A DNA stretch of 63,738 bases, the filler included, from Reclinomonas americana ATCC 50394 (taxonomy: Eukaryota), in assembly GCA_048213135.1 (NCBI GenBank). It is 20 parts of 20 records of this genome, joined end to end, with 100 filler letters (N's around TTAATTAATTAA, not from the genome) between each part and the next. Parts side by side here need not be neighbours in the genome. Positions count along the whole stretch, not along the records: positions 30,977 to 33,901 come from AFZH01020530.1; positions 34,002 to 37,833 come from AFZH01020531.1; positions 37,934 to 41,049 come from AFZH01020532.1; positions 41,150 to 43,848 come from AFZH01020533.1; positions 43,949 to 46,794 come from AFZH01020534.1; positions 46,895 to 48,436 come from AFZH01020535.1; 14 more parts are not named here. One strand, given 5' to 3'. How positions within the stretch are numbered: the first letter of the stretch is position 1; the number at the start of each line of letters is the position of its first letter. This document shows, one piece after another, positions 33,454 to 46,900 of this stretch. The notes beneath the pieces were generated by a model. The model was not told the DNA's origin, did no database searches, and saw only the letters and a program-made list of their open reading frames with translations. The translations under genes were made by a program, and so were the position numbers.

Positions 33454-33765
33454 TTAAGCATCCTCGCACCACCTGCCATGCGCAGTGAGATGCAGGTACA
33501 AGTGCACAGCAGGAATGGGGATGCAAAAAACGCAACTTGTTCTCCTCCTTGATGGCGGCCTCCTCTTCGGCAGTAAAGTCGTTCTCAATGTTGAACATTT
33601 GACGGATTTCTTCGGGTGTCTTGCCTGCACACACACACACAACAATGAGCCACCACAGGCAAAAGTGTGGAGAGCGAGAGCCATTGAAACCAACCCTTGA
33701 TCATGCTGGCCACCTTGGCGCACGTCAGGTCGAGCAGGTCCTTAATGTCCATGTAGTTGGCGCCC
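33454..33765 (-). CDS. SKP1: SKP1, last three exons (5' part in gap)
   Basis: [58 protein letters not shown]. Confidence 0.95.
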
Positions 33766-34001
33766 TGGAGGGAGGAGGAGTGAGGGGAAGGGAGGGGAAG
33801 GGAGGGAGGGAGGAGAGGGAGGAGGAGGGAGGAGGAGGAGGAGAGGAGAGGAGAGGAGAGAGAGAGGAGGAGAGAGAGAGGAGAGAGAGGAGGAGAGAGA
33901 GNNNNNNNNNNNNNNNNNNNNNNNNNNNNNNNNNNNNNNNNNNNNTTAATTAATTAANNNNNNNNNNNNNNNNNNNNNNNNNNNNNNNNNNNNNNNNNNN
34001 N

Positions 34002-37000
34002 GAGCCTGCTGGTGGTTGGCCAGGCATGAAAAACTGTGGAGTCGCGGGCGATGCTCCGCCACCACCGCCACCACCTCCGCCACCGCCAAGATGACCACCG
34101 GCACCCGGCATGAGGAACGACGGTGGTGCCGTCGACGCCATGGCCGGCATTGCCGGTGGCGCGGCGTTGGGTGGCATCATGAGCTGCATTGTCAGGTCAG
34201 CAATCACTCTCATCAAGCATCATCCATCATCTGTGTCACTCACCGAGGCGATTCCAAACTGACTCGGTGGCGCAGCCGATGACGACATGCTGGATGAGGG
34301 CGGTGGCGCGCCGAGTGAGTCCATTGGTGGTGGTGCCATGAGCTGCGACAGCATGTCGGCGCCACTGGAGGCCGGCTTGGAAGTGGCCGGCTTGGCGGGT
34401 GAGCTGTGCGTCGGGTTGTGCACTGCAATAAAAAATCGACAAGCGACTGTGGCGTGAGGAGCAAGAACGAATGGAGGAGCGCACATTCACGCGCGCGCAA
34501 GACACACACGCAACTGCGTGCCAGTTCGTCGGCAGTGGGAGGCCGTGGGGCAGAACCACCGGCCGGCTCACCACCGTCGGGCGACACCCATCTCTCCAGC
34601 TCCTTGGACCACACCAGCTGATTCGCCTTGCCCAACTTGGCTTGCTTCGGCTTCGGTTTCGAGCCGCCACCGAGAAGGTTTTTCAACTGTTGCGCCAGGG
34701 GAACAAACAACCAAATAAAATGTGAGCAACCGGAGAGAGACCAAACAGGTAAGGGCAACACTCACCGCGCCAAACAATCCACCACCGCCACTCGATACCG
34801 GCTTGTCCAGGGTCGGAGAGGACGACGATGCGGTCTTTTGTGGGGTGGACGGTGCCGACGATCGGTCATCATCCGAATCCGAATCCGAGCCAGTGTCGTC
34901 CGAGTCGGACTCGGAACTGTCGTACGAGGAGGAACCGGGCTTGGCCGGGCTGCGATCGGACGATGACTTGGAGGGCTGATGATGATGGTGGTGGTGCTGC
35001 TGCTGCTGCGGTGGTGGCTGTCCATAGGTTTGTGGAGGCTGTTGTTGCTGCTGCTGCTGCTGCGGTTGCGGCTGCTGCGGCATCATCATTGGCTGCATCG
35101 GTGGCTGCTGCGGCTGCGTCGGCATGAGGAATGGGCCCGCGGCACCGGCAGGCATCATGAACGGCGCAGCAGGCATCATGCCTGGCGCCGTTGGCATTCC
35201 TGCCGTTGCCATCATCTGCGGCATCATCATTACCGGCTGCGGCGGCTGCGAAACTCCCTGTCGCATCTGACCAATCTGGGCAGTCGGTGACGAGGACGAA
35301 GACGATGATGAGGTGGGTGATGAGTTGCTGGTCGGCACGGTTGGCATGGGTCGCGGGGCCGTGTTGGGCGGTGCGCGGGGACCTGCCGCTGCGGGTGAGC
35401 ACATAGAATCAACAAATCCAGCATATTCTTCACACAAACCGAGTCGCGGATCCGAGTTCTGCCGCCGCTGGCCGCCCTGTGCGGCGCTCGAACCATCCGA
35501 ATCCGACGAGTGATGCGACGCCGGCGAACCAGAGCGTGGCTGGAAGACAGCGCCCACAGCACTGGCAATGGAAGAGAGAAATCCACCACCACTGCTGCTG
35601 CCGGTGCTGCTTGCGCTACTGCGCGCGCTCCGTCCAGAGCTGTTCTCCAGCACCGAGAATACGCGGGAATGCAACTCTGCGGAGGGAGGGAGGGAGAGAG
35701 AGTATGAGGCCATACGAAGAATGCAATCGCACACGGCCACACTTCCATGACAAACCTCGCAGATTGTGCATGAACACGCGACCGTACGGTGCCTGCTTCG
35801 ATGTTGCCTCCACCACCTGCTCAATGTCGACCAAGTAGTCGGCGGCCTTCTCGAGCTCACCGATCTCACAAAGCCAGTGTGCATGCAGGAGACGGAACAC
35901 TGCAATGACCACACGCGTCGGTACGACACACAATAACATGTTTGAGATGCAGCGGATCACACAACAACGGTTTTACCTTGCAGCGACGGCAGCGGTTGCC
36001 CGCCGTTGCGACGATTGGAGAACTCCAGGATCTCGGTGCGATGAATGGCCGCGGCATCGATAAATGTACATGGTCTGTGCGGTGCGATGAGAATGTGGCG
36101 GCGCGGAATCACAGTAGCTAATCACCCCACGCACCTAAACATGTGATCCGCGCCAACCAACACCATGCGAGGGGGCGGATTGCGCAGGCTGTCCACCGTG
36201 CAATGCGCCGTCAAATAACACAAATGCGCCGATTCCACCCTTCCGTCGTGATCCCACAACGCGTCACCCATCGACACAATCGCGCGATCGGAGCCCGGTG
36301 CCCGATTCGCCAGCAACAATGCCAGATTCTCCTTCCATCGCTCCGTCGGAGAGCGCTGCGGCGGTGGCTGCTGCTGCTGTTCTTGCGCTGTCGGCCGGGC
36401 AAAGGCGTTCTTCTCGCGCCGCGCAAACACCATCAGGAGTGCGCGAAGCGGAGAGTCCTCGGGGAACTCGTTCTGTGCAAAGGCCGCCAGCACGGTCTCG
36501 AATGTTTCCTGGGCATGCACGGAATGAGCGCGGCCAGCCTCATACACATCCTGCACAGCCCCTCCCAAGCACACACCTTGTCCGACAAGAAGCACGAGAG
36601 TGCGAGAGCCTCGGCCCACAACTGGTACTGAGCGCACACATTTAGCGCATTCTTCCGCTGTCCAGCAATCAGCAGCGACTCCACATGGCACAAGGCGGCG
36701 GCGCGGTCTTGCGCAGATGTCGGTTCAGCAAGCGTGGTGTACGACTGCGCGGCGGTGTCGCCGTGCACGTCCTGCAACAGAAGCTGCTGCAAGCGCGCCA
36801 CCATGTCCTCATCCTCCGCCGACCGCTCACACATCAAGCGGAGAAGCGTCAGCAGTTCCATCATGGAGCGGTTGCCGAGGTCCGCGTGCAACTTGGCCTG
36901 CGTGTTAATGTAGTGCGAGACCTTGTCCTGTGATGCGAGACATGGAAATGAGATTGGAGAGAGGAGAGTGAGAAGAGAGGGGGGGAGAAGGGAAACAACT

Positions 37001-37833
37001 ACACTCACCACCGACGAGTTGGCCGTGAGGGGACCGGGGAAGGAACGGAGAACGTGGAGATGGTAATCCCACGAAGCGCTTTGCGAGTGCCTGTCGAGGT
37101 TGCGCAGCGGCAGGATTGTCACACGCGTTCCACGATTTTGTGCCTGGCGTACCACACAATGTGGTGAGAAATCGGAAACGCGAAAAAACACCAGGAGGAT
37201 CACAGTGTGTGCGGAGCTCAACTTGTGGTGCCTGGCGTTGTGGTTGGCGCTGCTGCTGCTGTTGTTGTTGCTGTTGCTGACCAGGGAACACCACCACCAT
37301 CTTGCCGCCGAAACCAAACGTCACCACGGGATGCGGGGCGTGCAGTGGATGGGGCGCCACGTGCGTTGGATGCTGCCGACGGACCCCATCACGAGTGAGA
37401 AAACAACCCAAAAGCGGAAAAATTTCACAACACCGACGCAACATACGACCCGTGATACAACATGCCGGGATAGTACGGTTCGGCGGCGCCAGTGTGGACA
37501 CGGCCGTGATGCGCACCGTGTTGCGGGTGCATCTGATGACCATAGTGCGGCTGCGGCTGCGACTGATGATGATGGTGTTGGTGTTGATGCTGATGTTGGT
37601 GCGTGGGAATGAAGGCATTGGGTGGCAGCTGCGCGGCAAACTGCTGTTGTTGCTGGTGCTGCTGGTGCTGCTGTTGCGGCATCATGCCTGGCGGTTGTCC
37701 TGGAATCATCATCTTTGGCTGCTGCGGCTGCGGCTGTGACGATGGCACAGCTCCACCGGGTTGAACAGGCATGAAAATACGAGGCTGCTGCGGCTGCGCT
37801 TGCGGCTGCTGCCCTGGATGCATCGGCGGAGCA
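34002..37833 (-). CDS. SEC16: SEC16 COPII/ER-exit-site scaffold, both ends in gaps
   Basis: PHPVVTFGFGGKMVV, SFPGPL, WAEALALS, SPLRALL, WKENLALLLANR..MGDALW..SAHLCYL, AHWLCEIG, AKLGKANQLVWSKELERWV. Confidence 0.9.
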
Positions 37834-38337
37834 NNNNNNNNNNNNNNNNNNNNNNNNNNNNNNNNNNNNNNNNNNNNTTAATTAATTAANNNNNNNNNNN
37901 NNNNNNNNNNNNNNNNNNNNNNNNNNNNNNNNNTGCGTGTGCGACGTTGGACAATGGACAATGCAATTGTCCAGACCGCAGTTCCCACCGCCGATCGACG
38001 CCGCGACAAGTTCGCCAACAAGCAACAGCAAGAATACCATCTAACAAGCAACAGCTTCATCTGTGACCAGATCCGGAATTCGAATTCGAGTTCGCGAAGG
38101 CTTTGGAAGTCGATTTTTCGAGACCATCGCGAATTCGCTTGAAATGTTGCAGAAGCGCCAGCATTAGCCATCTCGGCTTGTTCCCGAGATGTCTGTGTGC
38201 ACTCAAGATGCTGATCATCATGCTTGCTGTTTGGATTAGTAAAGTTGTTGTTGTTGTCCAACAGGTTCAACAGGTACAAATCGATTTCATTCACCGGCAA
38301 ACAATCGCAGTTCTCGACTTGCTCGAAGCTCCGAGAG

Positions 38338-38386
<49 letters not shown>

Positions 38387-38552
38387 GCACGCACGAACAC
38401 ACACACGCACAAAAATAAGATCCAAGAAACTTATCGCTGCCTTCAAGACTGCGCTTGAGTTGCATCCGCAACATCAACACAAACACCACACTTGACGGCA
38501 GCAGGCTCTTTTCGGCGCCCCACGGCCCAGCCTTTTCTCCGAATCTCTCCAC

Positions 38553-39656
38553 CTACAGGTGCAGTCGAGGATCAGCGGCACACCGATGGACCACAACCGC
38601 AGCCTCCTCCACCACAAAGCAGCGCAGTGCCATCTCTGGCAAGCAGCGCGAGTCCACGTCGTCGTCGTCGCCCTCTCCATGCTGCATCTCCCGCACTGCA
38701 AGCATCGCGAAGCGTGCTGCATGGAGCTCTTGCTTGGCGAGCCCCAGTAACGTGGACCACACTCGTATACTGTTATCCATACTTCCACTGACAATGTGCT
38801 GCCCATCGTGAGAGACGGCGACTGAAGACACAGTTTTGGCGTGCCCCCTCAACTGCAGTACCTCCCGTCCATCCTCGACGGACCAGACTCGCACTGTTCC
38901 GTCATCGCCGCCACTCACAATGTGACGGCAGTCGCCAGTGACGGCGACAGAGAACACATCTTGAACGTGCCCCTCCAATCGCAGCACCTCTTCGCCACTC
39001 GCCAGTGACCACACTCGTACTGTCGCATCCCGACTCCCGCTCACAACATGCTGGCCATCGGGAGTGACAGCGACAGAGTATACATCTGCTGTGTGTCCCT
39101 TCATCCGGCGCACCTCCTCGCCACTCTCCACTAACCACAACAGTACAGTCCTGTCTTCTGTGCCACATGTACAAACAACGTGCTTGCCGTCGGGGGTGAC
39201 AGCAACAGCGGACACCTCACCAGTGTCTCCCTCAAATTCTTGCACTTCCTCTCCACTCGCAAGCGACCACACTCGCACGGTCGTTTCATCACCACCGCTC
39301 ACAACAAGCTGACCATCGGGAGAGACAGCAACACATTCCACCGCATCATAGTGTCCTTCTGGACCCAACTGTCGCACTTCCTCACCGCTCGCCCACGACC
39401 ACACACGCATTGTGCCGTCAGCGCCACCACTCACAATGTGCTTGCCGTCGGGAGTGACGGCAACAGACAATACTCTATCAGTGTGCCCCTCCAACCGTCG
39501 CACCTCCGCTCCACTCGCCAGTGACCACACTCGCACTGTCGCGTCCCAGCTGCCACTCACAACGTGCTGATCGTCGGGAGAGATGGCGACACACATCACC
39601 AGCTCATCGTGCACTACCGGCAGACACTTGCTGATAAAGAGAGGGGGTGTAGACAT
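38553..39656 (-). CDS. Intronless 7xWD40 family member (dispersed copy A)
   Basis: Seven GH..V.SVAVTPDGQHVVSG..D.TVRVWSLASGEEVRRLE-type repeats plus the family C-terminal tail ..DSRCLPEMALRCFVVEEAAVVVHRC..LHL*. Confidence 0.92.
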   Translation of the reverse strand: MSTPPLFISKCLPVVHDELVMCVAISPDDQHVVSGSWDATVRVWSLASGAEVRRLEGHTDRVLSVAVTPDGKHIVSGGADGTMRVWSWASGEEVRQLGPEGHYDAVECVAVSPDGQLVVSGGDETTVRVWSLASGEEVQEFEGDTGEVSAVAVTPDGKHVVCTCGTEDRTVLLWLVESGEEVRRMKGHTADVYSVAVTPDGQHVVSGSRDATVRVWSLASGEEVLRLEGHVQDVFSVAVTGDCRHIVSGGDDGTVRVWSVEDGREVLQLRGHAKTVSSVAVSHDGQHIVSGSMDNSIRVWSTLLGLAKQELHAARFAMLAVREMQHGEGDDDDVDSRCLPEMALRCFVVEEAAVVVHRCAADPRLHL

Positions 39657-40146
39657 GAGAGGCGACTCTGAGAGAGAGAGAGTGAGAGAAAGAGGTGAAT
39701 CAGCTCGCCGCAGCAGCAACAGTAGTAAATAAGATGACAGTGGGACAACACCCCCCGCTTCCACTCCTCAATCAAGCAGCCACGCACAACATCAACAACA
39801 GCTCGTGAAAGGGCTGCAGCATGAAATCCACATGCACATGCATCCATGCATTTATATATATTGAGATATCGAAGCATCCCTTCAAATTCCGCCAGCACGT
39901 GCACTCGCGACTCGCTCTCCCTTCGCCGTCTCTCCACAGTCTCATGCGCTTACAGAACAGCAACACAGCAACGTCAGCAAACAAGGAAAGATTATGCGAC
40001 GGGAAACTCCGCTTGAGACATGCAATGCTTGTGGACAGACAACCCACTGAAAGCGTTTCTGTCGAGTCCCTGATTCTTTCACCGTCACTCAAGCGCGCAC
40101 AGACCACCCCCCTCCTTACGCCCTCCTCTTTCACCATCATCACCAA

Positions 40147-40865
40147 ATGGCCTCCACTGTCACCGGCTCACGCGTGATCATTGTCGGCGCCACCGGCAAC
40201 ATTGGCCGCGGCGTGGCCCTGGCCTTCCTCAAGCACGGTGCCGCGCAAGTGGCACTCGTTGGCCGCGATCAGGCGCGCCTCGACTCGCTTGTCAGTGAGT
40301 ACCTGAGCGAGTACGACTCGGACGGCCGTATTGTTCGCATTGCCGGCGACGTGTCCTCTCCGGAGGGCGCCGAGGCTGTCGCGCGCTCGGCGTATGAGCA
40401 GCTGGGAGGCTCGGTGCAACATGTCGCGGTCTCTGCTGGTCCGTGGGTCCCCGTGCGCACGCTCACCAGTGCCACCCCGCAGCAAGTGCGCTCGTGATCA
40501 CTTGTGTGAGGTATTCGAATCCTCCTCTCACTGCCCTTTGTTCTTCCGCGTGCAGTTTGCTGGCGCTCTCGAGTCCAACGTGCTCTCGCACTTTTACGCG
40601 TACAAGTTGCGCCTTAAGCTGGCAGAGACTCGTTGCGAGAACGAGGCAACTAACGGAGATCTTTCTGCAGGGCGTTCCATGCGGAGATTCTCAAGGCCGG
40701 CACCGAGACCTCGTATACGTTCATGAATGGCACTGGTAAGTTCTCCGTGAAAGCAGAGGAAGAGGAGGGTGAGGTGCTCAGTCTTGCGGTGTGCAGCATT
40801 CCGTGGACTGCCGGGCACATCGGTGACAGGTATTTGCACGACGGCGGTGCAGGCCATGGCCAAGT
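40147..40865 (+). CDS. Atypical short-chain dehydrogenase/reductase; 3' end in gap
   Basis: Rossmann motif VIIVGATGNIGRG, GDVS, VAVSAG, then spliced FAGALESNVLSHFYAYK/AFH..SYTFMNG; no YxxxK seen at the usual position. Confidence 0.8.
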
Positions 40866-41235
40866 GCATTCAGTTTCGTGCTCCGAGAGTGGGCAGTGTA
40901 CGGGCGAGTTGCTTCTCCTCCTTGCTTCTCCGCCTTTTCCGCACCTCCTTCGCTTCCTCCTTTGCCTTTTCCTCCTCCTCCTCCTCCTCCTCCTCCTTCT
41001 TCCTCTTTCTTCTTCTTCTTCTTCTTCTTCTTCTTCTTCCTCCTCTCTCNNNNNNNNNNNNNNNNNNNNNNNNNNNNNNNNNNNNNNNNNNNNTTAATTA
41101 ATTAANNNNNNNNNNNNNNNNNNNNNNNNNNNNNNNNNNNNNNNNNNNNACACAACGAGACTTGTCTGTGTCATCTACTGCTACAACAACATTTCCAGAA
41201 AATATGTACAAAGGGCCTGTACAGCGCCTCTACTG

Positions 41236-42461
41236 CTATATGAGCGGCACTTCCACCTCAACGTCCTCGGTATTGGCGAAAACCAACCTCACCAGCAGCG
41301 TCGCAGGCCACGGCATTTGGTGCAACTGAATATTGACATTTGTCTCGAACAGCTTATCCGCGTTGGGGAGCTGTGCATGCACATTGAGGGCCACAGTACA
41401 ACAATCTCGCGCATCACAGCAAGCAACTCACCGGCGCGATGTAAAACGTTGACGACTTCACCACCGTGGGCGGCACAAACTCCACCGACGTGCACCGGTC
41501 GGGCAGCATGGCCAGCAACGTGATGTAATGCGGGGGGCCCCGGAAAATGTTGAACGGCGGCAACACCCTGCTCCAGCTGGAGCGCGTAATGGGCCCGTCG
41601 CAGGTCGTTGGCGTGGAGATGCGACTAACGCAGTAGACGGGCACGTCGCCGAGCACATCGTGAACCTGCCCTGCGCGTGAGCAACGGGGTGGCGACAGAG
41701 AGGGGTGGGGGTGCGTCAGCATTCCACAGCACCTGAAACACAATCAAGGCACACCCGCCGTTGGTCTGGTTGTTGGCGTGCCACTCCACATCCACACGTC
41801 CATCGGGCTGTCCGCTGACGGTGAATTCGACCTGCCCGGTTTGCTGCAGCCGGCGACTGGGATGCTGGCCCGTGGCAAAGTGCGAAATGGTGAGGGGGCG
41901 CAGGTCGGGAGGGCGACAGACGCGCAGCGAAACGGCGCGGTGAGTGGCCCCCGATCCACCGTTTCGATATTCAACCTTGTGCAGTTGATTTCCATCATGC
42001 GGGCGAGCATTCTTCCACTTGTCTCCACATTGATACTGCACAGTCAAGCCGTCGGCGGCGACACAAACTTGAAAGGCGACTTGCGAGTCGTCGGCCTCCC
42101 GTTTCAGCTTGCGTCGCTTCTGCTGCTTCTCCATTCGCTCGGCCGGCGTCGACGACAGTGATGGAGATGGCGGCGGTGGAGGTGGCGGCGGCGGCGGTGG
42201 TGGTGGTGGTGGTGGTGGCGATGGTGGCGTGGAACTGGCCACACCAGTGATTGCCGTCGGCACTCCCGTATCCGACGCCCATGCAACCGCCGGAATCTGC
42301 ATGGCCGTGGCCTGTGGAACCATGCGCTGTCCGAGGTATGCTGCCGGTGGCAGTGGCGGTGGTGGTGGAGGAGGTCGCCATTGCAGCGGAGGAGGATCCG
42401 GGTACGACTCGCCGCAGTTATACGCCTGCTCACTCCTGCTCAACATGTTCATCAGCGTCAT
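41236..42461 (-). CDS. Uncharacterised protein: Pro-rich N-terminus, NLS-like KRRKLKR, beta-rich globular C-terminal region (3 exons)
   Basis: ORFs 41625-42497 and 41414-41743 plus a terminal exon LPNADKLFET..VEVPLI* can be joined by GT-AG introns; start codon uncertain. Confidence 0.55.
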
Positions 42462-43948
42462 GACAAACAGAGAGAGAGAGAGAGAGAAAATAGCCACTCA
42501 TGCTCATCAGTGCACCTGCTGCTGCTGCTGTTGCTGCTTGCTCTGTACACATCACTCCTCGCGATCGACTCCAGCAGGTAGTTGGGTACGGGTTCTGGAT
42601 GGCGAGCGGCGGCAATCGGAAACGCCGGACAGTGGGTTTTATCGCTATGAATGCACATGAGGCACTCGAGGCACGGGTTGCACTTGAGCGGAGGCGACGA
42701 AAGGGCACTGTGAGATACGAGCGCGCGCGAGATTCCATTGATGAGACACACACCACACCTGCACATGGTCCGCGTCGACATCCATTGATGATGATCTTGT
42801 CGTGGTCAGCGAATGCTCGTCCTCACTGTCACTGTCAGTGAAGGTGTGAGTCTCAACACACACACACAAGCGTTTCATGCACAAATCGCAAGGTGAACTT
42901 ACTGTTCCTCATGATCACTGTCGAGCATGTGCTTATCGCCGTGACCAAACCCACTTGCCATTGCACGGAGAGGAGGGAGAGACACAGACACAAACACAGA
43001 AAGAGAGAGAGACAGAGATACGCGTCTTCTCACATGCAATGATTCGCCGGAAACCAGTTCTGCGTTTGTCCGGTCATGCTCGACTGCTGCATCGTCGAGC
43101 GGTGCATCAGTTCCTGCATGCTTCGCTTCCTCCTCTGCACGATCAGCGCCCTCTTGATCCCTCCACGACCTACTTATTCCGGAACACAAAGTTCGTTGGT
43201 AAGTTTTTTCACTCCATCCATTAACATTTTTTCAAGCGATTACAAAGAAGTTGCTACACAAACACACACACAAACACACACAAACACACACAACCGTCTA
43301 GCTATCGTCGGCGGGCTTGAACTCGTCCAGCCAACACTCAATAACATTGCTCGGACCCGAAACTGACACCACAAAAGTCTTCTTGTCGGCACCCGGTCGC
43401 AACACCAACATGCAGTGACGCACTGCCGTGTCGGTCTGCGCCATGGCACCCGTCTCGCACGCACGTTGGCACAGTACGCGAAGCGCTGTTGTTCAAATCA
43501 GCACCTTGTATCGCAACAACACACTCTCGTCGCCAACCTCCACTCACCATCCACATCCACCTTCAGTCCAAAACCCTCCCGATGCAACTCATCATGCAAC
43601 CTCCTCAACAACCAGTGATTCACCGCCTCGCCAGACTGCTCGCGATACTTCATCGTCCACGCATGACGAAGATCTGTGTGCGTGCACGCGCCAACGGCAA
43701 GTGAGTCGTTCCTCGTGACAATCCCACTGCCCGAAGAAAATTACAAACGACGCACCACTCACCAGGCTGCAGCGTTGGAGACAGGCCGCCGTCAGGCGAC
43801 CGTCTTGTGGTGGAACCCGGACGGTTCGGTGCCAGCGACATCAGCGATNNNNNNNNNNNNNNNNNNNNNNNNNNNNNNNNNNNNNNNNNNNNTTAATTAA
43901 TTAANNNNNNNNNNNNNNNNNNNNNNNNNNNNNNNNNNNNNNNNNNNN

Positions 43949-46900
43949 TCGAGGTGTTGGGTTTCCGGAAGCCAGGAGCCAGCTCACGTCCGCTGCCGAG
44001 CCCAGCCGACCCGAGGGCCAGTGTGCTGGACGCTGTCGGCGAGCCAGCCATGCCGGTTGCCACGGCGTGCTTGGCCAGCACCGACTGAATGAGATTCTCC
44101 AGCTCGGCGGTGCTCCAACCACGCTCCTGCACGGCGACCTCCACCGGGTCGGAGCGCTTGTCATCGCGAATCACGCGGACAGCCGCTGCCACGTTTTCCT
44201 GATCGAGCACTGTGCGGTGTTGAAGGAGACATTCGTCAGCACTCACGTTCATCGACGGTGAGTTGACGAGAAAAAGAAGAAGGCACCCACCGTAGGTGTT
44301 GCCAAAGTTGAAGAGCTTGTTGTAGATCTCGAGCAGGAAGGCGGTGACACGGACAAGGAAGAGCGACACCCAACCAATGATGATCGACGCGATGCGGTTG
44401 TGCCAGACAAAGTTCCACAGCGCAACAAAGAACCTGCAGAGGCAGCAGATTCAGTCAAAGGGAACGGAGAGTGGGAGAGCGATCGCAACGCACCATAGTG
44501 AAAAGATAGTACGGCGGTTCTTGGCCAGGCGATGACCGTGCTTGTCGACCCAGAAGGTGGTGTTGGCCACCAGATCTGAATGATCTTGCATCATGAAGCG
44601 CGACACGGTGCGCATCGGGGTGCGCAGCGGCAGTGTCGACGGGTTGAAGAAGTTGAGCGAGACAATCGTCACAAACAACATCATCCAACCACTCCACATG
44701 ATCAGCTGGTTGCCTGCAGAAAGATAGGAGACATGAGTACACAGGGTGTTCACAGTCCTCAACGACACAAACTACAAACCCAGTGTGAACGCGTTGAGCT
44801 GCAACAGGAAGAGCAACTTCCAGCAGTACATAAAGTGACTGTGATCGAATTGGACCAGAATCTCGCGGAATCGCACATGCTCCATGCCAAATGTTCGACC
44901 CGTCATAATGTACCTGCAGACAGCAAAGGAACGGAAAGACGGAGTGACAGAGGGCAGATCGATAACGAGGGGAAGGGAGAAAGACGACGAAGGAGCGACG
45001 CGACAGGGCAAGAGAGCGAAAATAACAACAGCACCAAGCGGGAAGCCCAACAGACACAAAGACAAGGAGGAGAGAAAGAAAGAAGAGGGGGGAGAGAAGA
45101 GTAATGGAGAGAGAGAAAAACACAGCACATCAGCGTGGTCTGAACGAAGCAAGCGATGCAACAGGCGGGCAACAACGGCACGCAAAAAACACACACATGA
45201 CACCAATCACCACAGGCACAGCACAAAGCGAGAGAAAGACAGACAGAGACAGACAGACAGGCAGGCAGGCAGCGACACGCACTTCTTCTTGTTCTTTGCC
45301 TTCTCCTTCTCCGCTTCTTCTTTCGACATCTGCTGGTATCGTTTCGACTCCACGATTCTCCCACTAACGAAGCCCGCGAAAACGATGGAGAAAGCAGAGG
45401 TGCGGCGACGCAAGACAGAGCAACAGGAGGAGAAGTGGAGAAGATGGGAGAAGCAACAGTCAACGTCAACAACCAGTATGCACCATAACCGTGATTACAA
45501 CCAGCAGCACAGCCAACATCCAACACATCCACCACCACCACAATAGGCAAACATCCACACGAGTGACACCAATGACACATGGAAAAAGTCCCCGAACAAC
45601 AAAACACGAAAATCACATGCACTGAAACCGCGTACGAACCTAGCATCCGAACTTAAACCGACGCCGAAACTGTACGACTTGGTGTTGATGTGGAACAGCT
45701 GGTAGCCCGCTATAGGTATACAGAATTTGATAAAGTACCACGTTCCTCGGAAGATACCGCGGTCGGTCCAAATGCAGAAGATGGCAGGCAGAGAGAGGAA
45801 CACGCCGAGAGCGATAAACCACGCGTCATTCGTGTTACGAATGAACGTGTCCGCCGCCACCCACTACTAAATAGTGAGTACAAATCGGGACGGCAGCAGG
45901 GAAAAAGGGACGCGCGAGACGAAACGGCATTGGCTCCGTTGGTGAACAGTTGAGTGAGAATCCAGATGATGATGCCGTGACGCACGACAAAGTGGTTGAG
46001 GTAGAAACCAACAGTGGAATGGTAGAGAATGTAGCGTTGCAGAGGACCAACGGTACTGGCGCGGAACGACCTCGCAAACTCGCGCGACATTCCCTGTCCA
46101 GCAAATAAGTCAGTGCCAGAGAATACAACACAACGACTCGAGAGGTTGACTCGCAAGCGAGCGACGCACCATCTGCGCCGAACCGCCGGCAATCTTGGAC
46201 TCGAACTTGGCAGTGGTGAGGATGCTGGTATCACGCGCCTTACCCCACTGCAGGTAGTCGACGAGGATGCTCTCTCGATTGTGGAACCACAGCGTGAGTC
46301 CGACGAAAATGTCCTCGGACACATACGAGTTGTTGCTGATGCCGCCGACATTGCGGCAGAAGCGCACGTCGACATAATCGGGGTGACCGTAGTGCGACCT
46401 ATAAAAAATAAAACAGTCAGCACACCGCACTCTTTCGCCCGCGCACAAGCAGTTCACCGCCACACACCTCATGCCCATGATGCTCAGTCCACGCTGAATG
46501 ACCGTGTTGAAGGTGCGCTCGTTGAGGGCAGCAATGCGACCGACCATGTTCCACTTCTCCGTGATGACATACTCGGGGAAGCCGACAACGGCCACACGCG
46601 GCTTGAGACGGAACTCCTCCAGCGCGCACGTCGCAAACACGCACTGCTCAATGTAGGCGTCTTGGTTGCAATCGATGCACTGCAGAATCTCGGCACGGCA
46701 GTGCAGAAGCATCTGGTGCTGATTCTCCGACTTGCCGCTGCCGAGGAAGGGGTTGCCAGGCAGCTGAAAGAGTGCACACGAAAAATGTCAGTCANNNNNN
46801 NNNNNNNNNNNNNNNNNNNNNNNNNNNNNNNNNNNNNNTTAATTAATTAANNNNNNNNNNNNNNNNNNNNNNNNNNNNNNNNNNNNNNNNNNNNCACACA

